Shown here piece after piece: positions 11,093 to 23,585 of a stretch of 64,000 nucleotides of DNA. This stretch comes from Octopus bimaculoides (Eukaryota), in NCBI RefSeq assembly GCF_001194135.2, contig NC_068988.1, positions 77,688,124 to 77,752,123 of the forward strand, given 5' to 3'. The first letter of the stretch is position 1; each line of letters opens with the position of its first letter. The position numbers and the translations under genes are program-made. Below the pieces are notes generated by a model, which was not told the DNA's origin, did no database searches, and saw only the letters and a program-made list of their open reading frames with translations.

Positions 11093-11544
11093 GATATGAG
11101 AGAGTTAACTGGAGGGAAATAGTAGAGTTCAATATAAGGAGTTATTTTGGAGAAGGAAGGATATAAGAAGTATAAAGGGAAATAATAGAATAAAAATAAA
11201 AATAAAAGTAAAAATATATGTAGGATGTTACAGTTGCAGTTCCATTACCCAAGGAAAATGCTGTGTAGAATGGGTAGAAATGCTTCTTCTCCATGATATG
11301 TAGATTCGGAGAGAAGTTCATATTTTGTTATTACAAGTAAATAGTGTAGAGGCACAAATTCAATGTGCTGTTCATTGGAGTGTAAATGAAATTTTGAGGC
11401 CTGGTATGACCTGGTAGTGTATGCCCTACTTTTACAAATAATTTCAGTTGCTTAACTAGTTAGAAGTGGGCATAAACAACTTCATTACAACTTCCTTCTT
11501 TGACTCAGTAGAATATAGAAAATATGACAGTGAAAGTATGCAAC

Positions 11545-11695
11545 AACAATCAACTGGTACTCATTTTCAGCTGAGAAAGACTGGTAGGACTTGAAATAAA
11601 GTACTTTACCCGAGGACACAACTCACTGCCTGGTCACAGAATTGAACCCACAATCCTGAACTTGAAACACTAACCATAAGGTTAGGTGCCTTCAA
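11545..11695 (-). mobile_element. SINE family 3 fragment
   Basis: ctggtactcattttcagctg..aaagtactttacccgaggacaca..cactaaccata, similar to 325-585 and 32930-33110. Confidence 0.5.
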
Positions 11696-12989
11696 AAATA
11701 ATACTGTTGAGGAATGTGTACCTTACATATAACCTTTTTCCACTCCCTTTCCACACACCTAAGGGTCATAGTTTATTGACACTTGTCACCTGCTATGTGA
11801 ACAGATGCCATAATTGTGCATGATGCATTTTTTCTCTCTTTCTTTTGTCTTTCAGTTCTTTATTCCATTATCTTTTCTTCCTTTTGACAATGACTATCAC
11901 CCAAAACTTCACATTCACTTCTGTTTCTACCTTTTGTGTATTAAACTTTATTGTACACTTCTTTGGTTATTGTTTTTCCCATAATATTTCTACACTTTTC
12001 AGACATATTCTTTTACCTACCTGACTCCAGATGGTAATTTGTTCGATTGTTTCATTATCAGCTCAAATTTTACATTTGATGTCTCTGTGGGTTTTACCTA
12101 TGTATTTTTGTATGATGTGTGTATGTATGTATATATGTATGTGTGTATGCATAAGTATTTCTGTCTATATATGATATATATGTATATATTTGTGCATGCA
12201 TATGTCTGTAAGTAAGTGTGTATTTTTGTATATATATGAATATACATATGTGTGAATGTTTATAAGTATGTATGTATATATGGGAGAATGTACGAAAAAA
12301 CAACAACAGACGAGGACAGGTGGTGTAAATAACAAAAGGATGTATTAGTATGACGCTCGGGAATACGGAAAGTCTGTATATATGTGTGTATGTGTGTATT
12401 TTTGTACGTTTGTGCATAAGTATGTATACAAGTATGTATTTAAGCATGTATCTATATATGTATGTTTATATCTTTACCATGACCTTTATATATCAATACA
12501 CAGCTTTTCCCTTTCCTGTTCTCTTTCTCATCTCTGATTAAGAGCCTCAACCAGAAGTGTTGATCATTTTCCTTAGCCACACAAAAAATACATTGATTTT
12601 GTTTATTGATTCCATTTTTTTAGCATAACATTATTGCTGTGTCATGCAAACTTGGAATTGACCAATGACGATCCTTTTAGTTGTGTCTTAACTGTATTGT
12701 CTCATATGTCTTTTGTTTTATAAGATGATAGATAGTGTGATTTGACAAAGATCAAGCTACTATTTCTAGCATGTCAAATAACTGCTTCAAGGCTTGATTG
12801 TTCGGCTGGAAGTTGTTTAATGTTGTTTAAATGAGAGAAAGTACTAAGGCTCACAACCAAATTTGTAGAGATTTCTGATCTTGTGTTATACAGGAGTTGA
12901 AACCATTAGAGCAGCAACAGCAGCAATGATAACAGTAGCAGCAGCCATATTTCTGTGAGTCAGTAGTTGTAGCATGTGGTTGAATGGTT

Positions 12990-13340
12990 CTTTGACAAGA
13001 AGCCAAATGACCTGGGGTATGGGGTGGGGTGAAGGCAAGAGATTCAGCCAAATATGTTTGTGTCAAAACGGTGCCTGCTAATTTGAATTTTCAATTAATG
13101 CAGGAATAATTATTTTCCATCTGATTGACTTTCCCTGCAATTAAGCATTCAATGAGCCAATGATTACACTTCTAAACAGTTAGTTGCTCTTCTTACTTGA
13201 AAAAACAGCCAAATCTCTCTCCAATCACAACTTAAAAGCTTAAAAAAGCAAAGGACATATTAGACATTATCACGGGGTTGAATGCATTTGGAATGTCTTT
13301 GATCGTAGCTACTTGATCAGGGATGATCTGGGGCTAAATA
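12990..13340 (-). repeat. Unclassified dispersed repeat (inverted relative to 18560-18830)
   Basis: About 230 bp reverse-complement similarity: ggctgaatctcttgccttca..ccaccc, gcaggcacc, tcagatggaaaataatta, gagagagatttggctg. Confidence 0.7.
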
Positions 13341-13403
13341 ATAACTGTATTATAACAAAATTTTAAAATTTACACAGACTTAAGTGAAATAGACTTTGTT
13401 AAA

Positions 13404-13449
<46 letters not shown>

Positions 13450-13546
13450 GTTAGTTAGCTAGCTAGCTATCAGTCTCTCTATCACTCACTTAGTTTCTCA
13501 CTCTCTCTCTCCCACTCTCTCTCCACATATATGTCTGTGCCAGTGT

Positions 13547-13622
<76 letters not shown>

Positions 13623-13891
13623 GATTAGAATAAAACTGGAGAATCAGTCGCAAAAATTTTGATCAATCTAGGTTTAATACTTCATTGAAAGTTAGGCAGA
13701 TGGATTTACATGGCATTCTAAACAAAGATTAATTGTTATGCAATCTCATTCAGAAGAGCGACTTTTCGACACACACACACACACACACAGTGGTCAGTCC
13801 AATACTTGGACATGTGTAATTACTGCACATATGAAGGCAATACACCAAATATTGGAAAAGTTGAGCTACAAAGTGTGCTAAGATTACATAC

Positions 13892-14055
13892 ATAGGCACA
13901 GGCATGGCTGTATGGTAATTTGCTTGCTTACCAGCTACATGGTTCTGGGTTCAGTCTCACTGTGTGGTACATTGAGCAAGAGTCTTCTACTATAGCCTCA
14001 GGCTGACCAAAGCCTTGTGAGTGGATTTCGTAGACAGAAACTGAAAGAAACCCAT

Positions 14056-14101
<46 letters not shown>

Positions 14102-14314
14102 GTTTGTTTGTCTGTGTTTGTCCCCCAACCATCACTTGACAACTGATGTAGGTATGTTTATGTCCCCATAACTTAACAGTTCAGCAAAAGAGACTGATAG
14201 GATAAGTACTAGGCTTACAAAGAATAAGTCATAGGGTTGATTTGTTCGACTAAAGGTGGTGCTCCAGCATGGACGCAGTCAAATGACTGAAGCAAGTAAA
14301 AGAATAAAAGAATA
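13892..14314 (+). mobile_element. SINE family 1, near full length
   Basis: Same two halves and internal (TA)n as 6286-6654. Confidence 0.8.
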
Positions 14315-14439
14315 CAAATATTTCTACATACATGTTTTAAACATTCCATGTGTTGCAGCATATCTATATAAACAATGCACACAGCATATCATATTAATAT
14401 AAACACATGACTGTAATATTACACATAAAAAAAGAAGCC

Positions 14440-15540
14440 AAGTAACATTTCAAACAATTCACAAAAACAAAATAAGAAAATAAGAATGCTAAATATGTAT
14501 GTTTAAATACAATTGTAGGATTAAAAGCAACCAAAAAGGAAAGATTACTCAAGCTGTGAACAACTTTAAATTTAATTCTGACAAGACTTTTTCGAAACTA
14601 TTAAGGAACATCATAATCTATTTTGAAAAACAAATACAAATATTAGTGAATAGACAAAATCATCATGGCTAAACACATAAGTCTCCTTTGACCAAATCAT
14701 GACTACAATCACTGTATACAATGATCCTATAATCTTAACAGAGAATTATATGAAGTATATATATTACCTGACCCAAAAAAGTTCAGTTTTATATAAAGAA
14801 TAAAAAATATGTGGCACTTCAAACATACAAAGTCGTATTTTTCCTCAAAATATTTAAATGGACAAGCAAAGCATATCATTAGATGTAAATTAATACATCT
14901 AACAGAAATGCTGGCTGGAATATAATCCACCCATTTCCATTGATGGACAGATGGAATGCTCAGCTAAAATTATCAGTAAACAACACACCAACAATTTAAC
15001 TGAAATCTATACCTATATTGTGCAAACAGAAAAACACCAAAAACTTGTGGATGCCTTACAAGTGATCTGGGATGATAAGTTTCAACATATCCACAACCTT
15101 GATTTGAACGACAGTTCTTACAACACCAGTATAATAAAGAACCCAGTAAATTAGAATTAGAAGCAGTCAACAAAATAGCAAACATATATATGAAGATCAC
15201 ACAGTCCAAAGGTATGAAAACAACCTACAAAACCATTAACCTTTTGATAAATGTCTCAACTATTATATTACAAGCATATTGCAAAGAGCTGAAGCCATGC
15301 AATCGAGATTCAAAAAGAAAGTCTGAAACAGCATGAGTACGTAACTTTTAATTTTGTAGAAAAGTATTTCTTGGATTGTTGTAGCTATAAAATGTAACAC
15401 AGAGAACAACTTCACATGATATCAGGAAGACCTCATTAAAATACTAGAGAAGCAATTTGGTGATACAAGATTTAAAAACCTAAACTCCAATCTGCACCAG
15501 CTGAAAAACTAAAGTATAAATCTACAGTATACAAATGGTG
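14440..15540 (+). mobile_element. 5' region fragment of the R4/Dong-like retrotransposon
   Basis: 14660-15520 is a diverged reverse complement of 49330-50200, which is contiguous with CCHC and RLE remnants. Confidence 0.6.
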
Positions 15541-15959
15541 AATGCTCAATAAATTATTTGCCAGAGATCCTAAGTCAATTTATCACAGCTCTAAGAAGAT
15601 CAAGAAACTAGTGACAATAATGGTGATGGTGACCACAACAACAACAACAGCCACAGTGACCACAACAACAACCACAATGACAACACCAACAACAACAGCA
15701 GTAGTCACTGCAACGGCAGGCAGCACTGCCAACAACAAAAATAACATCAACAAAAGAAGGAAAGAAGAAAGAAAGAAACAGAGAAACAGAGAAATAATGA
15801 ATGGATATATGTCAACTTATACTATGGAGAGAGAATTAGAAAACAGTATAAAGAGCAACATCAGAATCATGAGATGAGGCTACACACTTAGACACACTCT
15901 TTCTCACACAAACAACACACTGGACACATGCTATTTGATTCAATGCCCAATCAAAGCAA

Positions 15960-16400
15960 GATAGCCAACAGACAGCTTGGGGCTATGTTTTGAATCTTTA
16001 CATGGTGTATGAAACGCTGTGTTCTTGCAGTGAAATGAATATAGGATTGACAAAAAGACAACTTCATATCAGAGTGAAAGAATACATCCAAGAGGCCACA
16101 TAACCCAGTGCCATATTCCAACACCCACAGACACTGTGGTAGAGATTTCTCCACCTGTATACTAGCAAAGGGGACAGATGCAGTCAACCTCAGAATAAAG
16201 GAGGTACACTTCATTAAAAAAAGAACACCCAGGCTTAACCACCAGAATGAGTTTGACAGCTGGAAATCCATATACTACCAAAGCCTTTGATCAACACCAG
16301 CAATAACCACCACATAAAATGAATGCCTGATGAAGGATCTTTGATCTGAAAGCACTAATGAATGTGAACTTAACCAAACAGCTAGCAACAAGGCTATACA
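15960..16400 (+). mobile_element. Penelope-like element 3' remnant: GIY-YIG endonuclease plus downstream hammerhead-like motif
   Basis: VYETLCSCSEMNIGLTKRQLHIRVKEY..SAIFQH..ILAKGTDAVNLRIKEVHFIKKRTPRLN matches the PLE GIY-YIG pattern; CUGAUGA 16327-16333, GAAA 16348-16351. Confidence 0.75.
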
Positions 16401-16899
16401 CAGAACATATGCAGCTTGTAGGTCCTACCTCTCTATCTTCCACTCTATTTATCTGTTTGTCTATCTGTCTTTCTGTTTTTTTTTTCTTTAAACATTAAAG
16501 CTTCATAACTTCTTGACTCTGAAACCTTGAAACGTTTTGAGATTCTTTGAGAATTCTGTGGGAAGTTTTGATATTTTATCCATTGTTCCAAAACCTTTAT
16601 CTTTGAAGGTTTTTTAAAGTTTGTGTAGTCTATTAAAATCCCACTCTTTCACACTTTTTCATTTTTTCAATTTCTTTTTTCTTTTTTTCATTTTCCATTT
16701 TTTTCATTTTTTCACTTCATCTTATTTTTTCACTTTCTCTTGCCTGGTTCATAAGTATTTTAAACTTCTCTTCACATAACTTGACTTCCTCCGATTTATT
16801 AAGATACAATATTTCACCCTCCTCTTTTACCTTTTCAGTCTCTCCTACTAACGACACTACCTTGTCTTTCTGTGCTAGAAAGCAAAGTTAAATTCAAAA

Positions 16900-17945
16900 A
16901 TCCCAACAAAATGATTTGTGGCAACATGAAAATAATTTGCATGTTGCTTGGACTATAGTCTGGCTACACAAAGTTTCCCTGTTTCTTGCATGAATGGGAC
17001 AGTAGAACCAGGAACTGCCATGGATCTAAAAGAAGAATGGCCAAGTAGGGATGCACCTACACCAGGAACAAATAATATTGTTCAAGAAAGTTTGGTTGAT
17101 CTAAAAAGGGTTCTTTTGCCCCCTCTATATATAAAACTTGGCCTCATGAAGAAATTTGTAAAAGCTTTTACCACAGGATTGAGAGGGCTTCAAATATTTT
17201 GCATAGCAAGTTTCCTGCTCTATTAGATGTCAAGGTTGAAGAGGATGTATTTGTGGGATCAGATATAAGGAAATTCATCAAGGATGAAAATTTTGAAAAC
17301 TCTTAATGATTCTGAAAAAATGCACAGGTTAATTTTAAAGATGTGATGAAGAACTTCTTGGGTAATCACAAGGTTCCAAACTAGAAAGACATAGTGGGAA
17401 GAATACTGGAAAATTTCAAGGCTTTAGGATGTAAAATTCATTTTGTACATGTCCATTTGAATTTCTTTCTGGAAAATCTGGGTGATGTGAGTGAGGAGTA
17501 GGAGGATAGGTTTCATCAAGACATAAAGGAGATGGAAGAAGATATCAGGAAAGATGGAATATCAATATCATGGCTGACTACTTCCAGATGATGCATCGTG
17601 AATGTTCATCAAATGCTCACAAGTGAAAGAGTTTGAGGCATAGTTTCTAAGCGAAATAGAAGAGATGTTGAGGTGTCAAACCTAAAAAATGAATGAAACC
17701 TTCGTGAAAATTTATTTTCTTGCTTTTATTTGTATGTACGCCATTTTATTTTGCTCAGTAAAATACCAGATTCATTTTTATTAGTTTATTTTGTACTTTA
17801 CCTAAAAATTAAGATATATTTTATCATTAAATTGCGAGAAAATCTTCGGTAATAGGAAAGAGCTAGTTTGATATTTTGAATTAGCACCACAAAACTACAT
17901 AAAGTGACATACAATTATCAAAATGATTTTCAAAAAGTACCACTT
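16900..17945 (+). mobile_element. Chapaev3-like (CMC) DNA transposase 3' remnant
   Basis: LVDLKRVLLPPLYIKLGLMKKFVKA..KNFLGNHKVPN..ENLGDVSEE..RFHQDIKEME-RYQERW..MADY; the superfamily name is from recall of this motif set. Confidence 0.6.
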
Positions 17946-18559
17946 GACAGATTTGTGTCATCTAATTTATGGAGAGTCTCAACTAATTAGGTAGAGTGCT
18001 TAAGTCTCTGGCTGGAGAAGATGTGCCAATGCATAGTAATATATTGTTTCACATTTATATACAATGTTCATATGTATGCATTACCCATCAAGGGAGCAAT
18101 CTACAATAGTTACATCAGGTGGTGGAGGCTTGGGGCAGACTAGTTTGTCAGGCGCCACAGTTCTGTAGTGATTAGTGAGATGCATACTTGGTAGGTGAAA
18201 CTTAGAGTGTAGGGTTAAGTTTCACATATAACCCAAGAATTCCTGGAAGTTCTACCTGTCTTGCGATCCTTCCTGTTCCCATAGATTCTCTCAGAGTATA
18301 GGTGTGTGTGATCTGGGTTTGAGTTACCACAAGAGGTAGCCTTAGAATCTACTGTTTCCCTAAAGTAGATCCACACATTATGCTTAGCAAACTTTAAACA
18401 TATTTGAAGCAGCTATATTGATGAATACGGTTTGTATGTTGTAGTAGGATAGGCTGATGATAGTCTTGTTGAAAATTCTACTGTACCTATATTGTGGAGG
18501 TAAAGCTTTCTGATCCGGAAAAAAAGATTCCAGAAATGTCGGTTTTGACATTAGATAGG

Positions 18560-18830
18560 AATAGTGGTGATAATGTCTAAAATTTTCTTTCCATTTTTAA
18601 GCTGGTAAGTTGTGATTGGAGAGAGATTTGGCTGTTTTTTCAAGAAGGAAGCACAAATAACTGTTTAGAAGTGCAATCATAGGCTCATTGAATGTGTAAT
18701 TTCAGAGAAAGTCAATCAGATGGAAAATAATTATTTTTGCATTAACTGAAAATTCAAATTAGCAGGCACCATTCTGATGTAAACATATTTGGCTGAATCT
18801 CTTGCCTTCATCCCACCCCATACCCTAGAT
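18560..18830 (+). repeat. Unclassified dispersed repeat (same family as 12990-13340; pieces also near 12650-12800 and 35510-35700)
   Basis: Direct sequence comparison within the window. Confidence 0.7.
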
Positions 18831-19474
18831 CAGATCACATGTCTCTTTCTCTTGTATCTGCCCCTGGGATGGACCACTGTCGATATGGGTGGTCAGCAAT
18901 CTTTGGTTTAATGCCCAAAGGACCCTGTTCCACAGGCCAGGTTGCACTCTGTGTAGATCCAGTCTTATAATTAGTGTACCCAGGGTCACTGCTGAGCCAG
19001 GTGAGCTATGTATTACCCTCCACACCACTCACACACACATATACCTTGGAGGTCAGGTTATTGCCGTACCGAATTGATGCCCAATTTGACCTATTGGGGT
19101 TGGCTACAGGTTCTGAGGTCACTCAGCCTGTGTTGGGAAGGTAGAATTTCAGTAACTTTTAACTACTAATACTGTTAAGATTCTACCTACGTCTACAGAA
19201 TTTCAGGGCCAGTTTAAGCTTGGTGTCCATTCTGATTAGTGTCCATGGTCTGATAGATTGCTGTGTATTTTGCTGCACATTTTGAAAGATATATGAAAAT
19301 TGTAGTTCCAGGACAAAAACGAACGTGGAGATGTTTTCTATGTCTTTTCCATCTTAGACTGTGGACATCCAAAAACAATTAGAAGAGAGAGCATTGTCCT
19401 TATTGAGCCTGCTCCCATACTCCAGGCTTTCGAAACTCTCCTTCAAATAGTAGAGTATATATAAACCTACAAGT

Positions 19475-19680
19475 AGAAGTGCATGACTTAGTGGTTAGGG
19501 TTTTGGACTCATGACTATAAGATTGTGGTTTTGATTCCTGGACCAGGTGATGCATTGTGTGCTTGAGGAAAACACTTCATTTCATATTGCTTGAGTCCAC
19601 TCAGCTGGTAAAATTGAGTAACCCTGCAAAAGTCCAGTATGCCATTCAGGGAGGAATGTATATATGCCAGAGGAACTAGG
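19475..19680 (+). mobile_element. SINE family 3
   Basis: gcatgacttagtggttaggg..ttgattcctggaccagg..ttgtgtgcttgaggaaaacacttcatttca..agtccactcagctgg. Confidence 0.6.
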
Positions 19681-19913
19681 AAATTAGATCTATGCTACTT
19701 ACAGAGTAATGTGGACTAACCATATAGACCTACAAAGTTGGTAACCTGGGCAGAGTCTAAATAGCCCATAGCCATGCCAGACTCATCAGCCCTAGATTGT
19801 ATATGCCAATGATTCTCCTGGAAAGAAATTAGAGTTCTCCCAGCTTTTGAAGAATGCTGTGCATGAAACTTTTACTTTCATAACTCTCTACGAATTAAGA
19901 CACACACACACAT

Positions 19914-20984
19914 GGGGGATGACTGAAAAGTTCATAGGTTGACTGATATATTCTCATTGGATGTGACTGAATGAGGTTTAATTTTCAACATAGTCTCCCC
20001 TTGCTGTCCACACACTTTTTCCATCAGTGTTGCAGTGCTTGGATTCTATTGGAGAACAACCTTTCATCTTGCTCAAAAAAGTCATCACAACAGATTTGAC
20101 GTCATCACCACTGCAATACTTGTTCTCAACCGAGTATTTTTTTCGTGTTGGAGAACAGACAATAGCCAGATGGGGGCAAATCAGGAGAACAGGGAGGCTG
20201 ATCAACCAGTTCAAAGCCACAGTCAAGCACAGCAGCCATTGAAACCAACAACTTGTATGTTGGAGCACTGTCCTGATGAAACAGGACCCCTTTCATCAGT
20301 TTCCCTTGGTGTTTGGTCTTGATAGCCTTTCATAATTGTCTCAGCAAGCTGGGATAATGCTCTCTATTGATGGTGTGGCCCTTTTAAAGATAGTCAATAA
20401 GCACAATACTTTTTGCACCCCCAAAAACTGAGGCCATCACCTTCCCTGCAGATGAAACGACTGTGGCCTTCTTTGAAGCAAGTGAGGAAGGGTGTTTCCA
20501 CTGCATGGATTGTCTCTTTGTCTCTGGCTCGTCCTGATGAACTCAATATTTCATACTAGGTCAGGAAATGTTCAAGAAAACCAACTGGTTCTGTTTCAAA
20601 CAATTTCTGATTTCCCAGTGATGTGATCAGCCTGATGCACTTTTGACCAGGTATCAAAAGACATGGTACCCATCAAGCAGAAACCTTTGTTGCATTGGCT
20701 ATTTGGTGTATAATCAATCGTCTGCATCCATCACCATGTGGTGAACAGTCATCCCCTAATGCAGCAAGTTGTCAGCTAAACCCTTTTCTTGCAGGTACTT
20801 GATAACACCATGATGCCAAATTTTGTTCATTTTCAAAAGAGCTTTGAAGAGTCAGATGTCAGTCTATATGGAACAAAATAATGCATTTGTTAATAAAACA
20901 AGTTGAAATTAATACATACAAGATTTCACAGCTCTAGCATCACTCCTTCATAGTCAGCCTATGTACTTTTCCAGACCACCCTCG
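19914..20984 (-). mobile_element. Decayed mariner transposon (irritans-like)
   Basis: Imperfect TIRs ggggatgactgaaaagttcataggttgact / agtcagcctatgtacttttccagaccaccctcg; C-terminus ..RGDYVEN*; same family as 42820-43770. Confidence 0.75.
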
Positions 20985-21049
20985 TCTAAATATGTATGTA
21001 TGTATGTATGTAATTGTGTGTATAATACACTTTCTGACACAATTATCAA

Positions 21050-21225
21050 GCAGCAAAATTAGACTAGATGAGATGCAGTTCAGTTTTGGGCAGGAAGGAG
21101 CTACTGCTGGTAGCATCTTCCTAGTTTGACAATTGCAGGGAAAGTTCCTAACTTGGAATAAACTCCTATACCAAGCATTTGTTGTCTTGAAGAAAGCTTT
21201 GGCAAGGATCAATGCTCTGTATCTA
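21050..21225 (+). mobile_element. RTE RT fragment
   Basis: IRLDEMQFSFGQEGATAGSIFLV*QLQGKFLTWNKLLYQAFVVLKKA. Confidence 0.6.
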
Positions 21226-22605
21226 TTGATCATTATAAGAACAAGGGACAAATACACAGAATGTGAGACCTATACAAACCATGTATCAATTAACATGAGA
21301 GTCCAATAACCCCAGTAATAAATCTTAGGTGCAGATAGGGACCAACAAAGAGTTAGTCTATAGTCCATTCTGTTTGTTGTAGTCAGATAAGAGTTATATG
21401 ACTGTATAATAGTTATATGGCAGAATTATATGATATATATTATTTATATGCCAAAACAGAGAAATTAATGACTGGCTGTCCGTCCTAGTCCTATTGGTAA
21501 TTCTCTACTAATTCAAAGAAAAAATTTCAGATTTGGAAGTAAAGCCTAGAATTAAGAGACCTCAAAGCAAACTTAGCTAAAGCTACAGTTTTAGAATGTA
21601 GGAAAAAAGACAGGATGCTGTTACATGAAAAAAAGTGATCATGTTTATTATACAGAAGTGTTGCTAGTGGAAATTCAATACTGTGTACTCAGTGTAAGTT
21701 ATGAAGGTTTAAAGCCTATAATGGGGTCATGGGTAGGCTGACAGAGATGGTAGGCTTCATATGTATCAGGAACATGGAAGGATTACTAGTAGGAATCCAT
21801 GTGAAATAGCTCCCATCAGAAGGATCACTAGAAGCAATCGTGTGCGTATGTGTGTGTGAATGTTGTTCAAATTGTCCTCAGTAATAATAAACAGATAAAG
21901 ACTGCAATGAAGCAGTGTTTTTCTTTACATTCTCTTGTAAACAAAAGACCTCTAGTTTCTGTTTCCAGTGTGTAAGAACAGTTGCAAAGAGGAGGCTGGT
22001 GATAAAGAGGAGGAGGAGATTTATGAAGAGAAATATTTTTATTTTCATTACAAATTAATTAATGATTGGAGAGCTTAAAATTATCACTAAAATTGAAATT
22101 TACAAGAATTTTTATATTTTATTTGCATAAAGTTTTTTTTTTTAAATTCATTGTAGGGGTAAATATAACAATATAATTATAATATAACATTATAACAATA
22201 TAATTATAATACTGACACAAATTGATCGTGATTCATTTTCCACAATGATGTCCATTCCAATTGTTTGGATATGACTGGACACACAGACTTGTATTTATTT
22301 TATGGTTTTTACTGGTCTTTTTCTCCTTCATTTCTCTGAAATTCCCTGCTAAATGACTATGCACATTATAGTTACCAGTATAATTAATATTGATTGCTTG
22401 CTAATATGAAATCCTCAAGAATTAATTTCACTATCAATTAATCATTTATTGCAATCCATGCATAATTCGAGAAATATTCTTCTCTTGTTGGCCATATTGA
22501 ATATTTATTTTGCCAAATTTTCACGAAATAATGATGATGCTATTGTTGTTTCATTAGAAGTTTGACTTTGTCATCTTAGATGTTTGTTCTTTACTGTGAT
22601 TTCAG

Positions 22606-22664
22606 TGGAAAAGAATGATTTGTGGTTGCTTCAGTTGTCTCAGAACTAACCAAAGGACAAATAG
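22606..22664 (+). CDS. Candidate internal exon of an unidentified host gene (WKRMICGCFSCLRTNQRTN+AG)
   Basis: Acceptor tgtttgttctttactgtgatttcag, donor TAG|gtaagt; only one frame open; lies in non-repetitive sequence. Confidence 0.5.
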
Positions 22665-22789
22665 GTAAGTTACTGCTCAATTCAATGTTGAACTTTCATC
22701 ACTTTTCTTGGAGTGGGGAGAGACCATTCTATTAAAGACCACAAAGTAAGCCAAAACAATAACTTTTTTACCATCATCCTGTCAATCCC

Positions 22790-22975
22790 TACCACCACCA
22801 TCATCCTCATCGCCACCACCACCACCATCATCATCATCATCCTCATTGTCATCATTGTTGTCATTGCCATCATCACCATCATCGTCATCATCATCATCGT
22901 CGTCATCATCATCATCATCATCATCATCCACATTGTCATCATTGTTGTCAATGTCATCATCATCATCATCAACAA
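22790..22975. repeat. Degenerate (ATC/ACC)n trinucleotide tract
   Basis: Visible in sequence; explains ORFs 22682-23033. Confidence 0.9.
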
Positions 22976-23369
22976 CTGTTGCATTCAAAGAAGCTCCCTT
23001 TCATTTTATGTAAGGGTGCTTACTTCATATTGACCTGCGTTAAATACCTTGCAGTAACACATTCCAGTTTCTCAGTTCAATTGCACTCACTCTAACCTAC
23101 ATGTGAGTTAATGTTGCATATCAAACATTGCACAGTTCAGAGTGCAGGTGCATTAATATTAATTGAATCAACACAGATGTAGCCAGCATTGGCCAGAATG
23201 GAACTCAAAAGAAATGAAAATAAACAATTTAAATTATTTAGTTGCTTCTATCCCACCATCTCTATCACCTTTTACCATCTCCTCTCCCTGACTGTGTGTA
23301 AACACTGATGTTTCATTCACTCCCACCACCACCACCACCACCACCACCAGTATCCCCATTGTGCGATAT

Positions 23370-23585
23370 TGGTTTCAAATTTTGGCACAAGACCAGCAAT
23401 TTTGGGGGTAGGGTAAGTTGATGTGATTGACTTGAGTGCCCAACTGGTACTGATTTTATTGACACAGAAAGGATGAAAGGCAAAGTCAGTCTTGGCAGTA
23501 TTTGAACTCAGAATGATAAGATGGACAAAATGTTACTAAGCATTTTGCTCCGCATGCTGTCGATCCTGCCAGCTTGCTGCCTTTA
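23370..23585 (-). mobile_element. tRNA-derived SINE family 2 (old copy)
   Basis: Diverged reverse complement of 31985-32214. Confidence 0.7.

Noticed and set aside
12894-12954. Candidate + exon GVETIRAATAAMITVAAAIFL (hydrophobic)
   Set aside because: Built from degenerate CAG/GCA repeats between dispersed-repeat fragments; its phase does not join the open frame of exon 22606
22682-23033. ORFs of 68-106 aa rich in Met/Ile/Asp
   Set aside because: Translations of an (ATC)n tract; the same applies to the ORFs at 33378-34376, 39082-39555, 41296-41770 and 53668-53955
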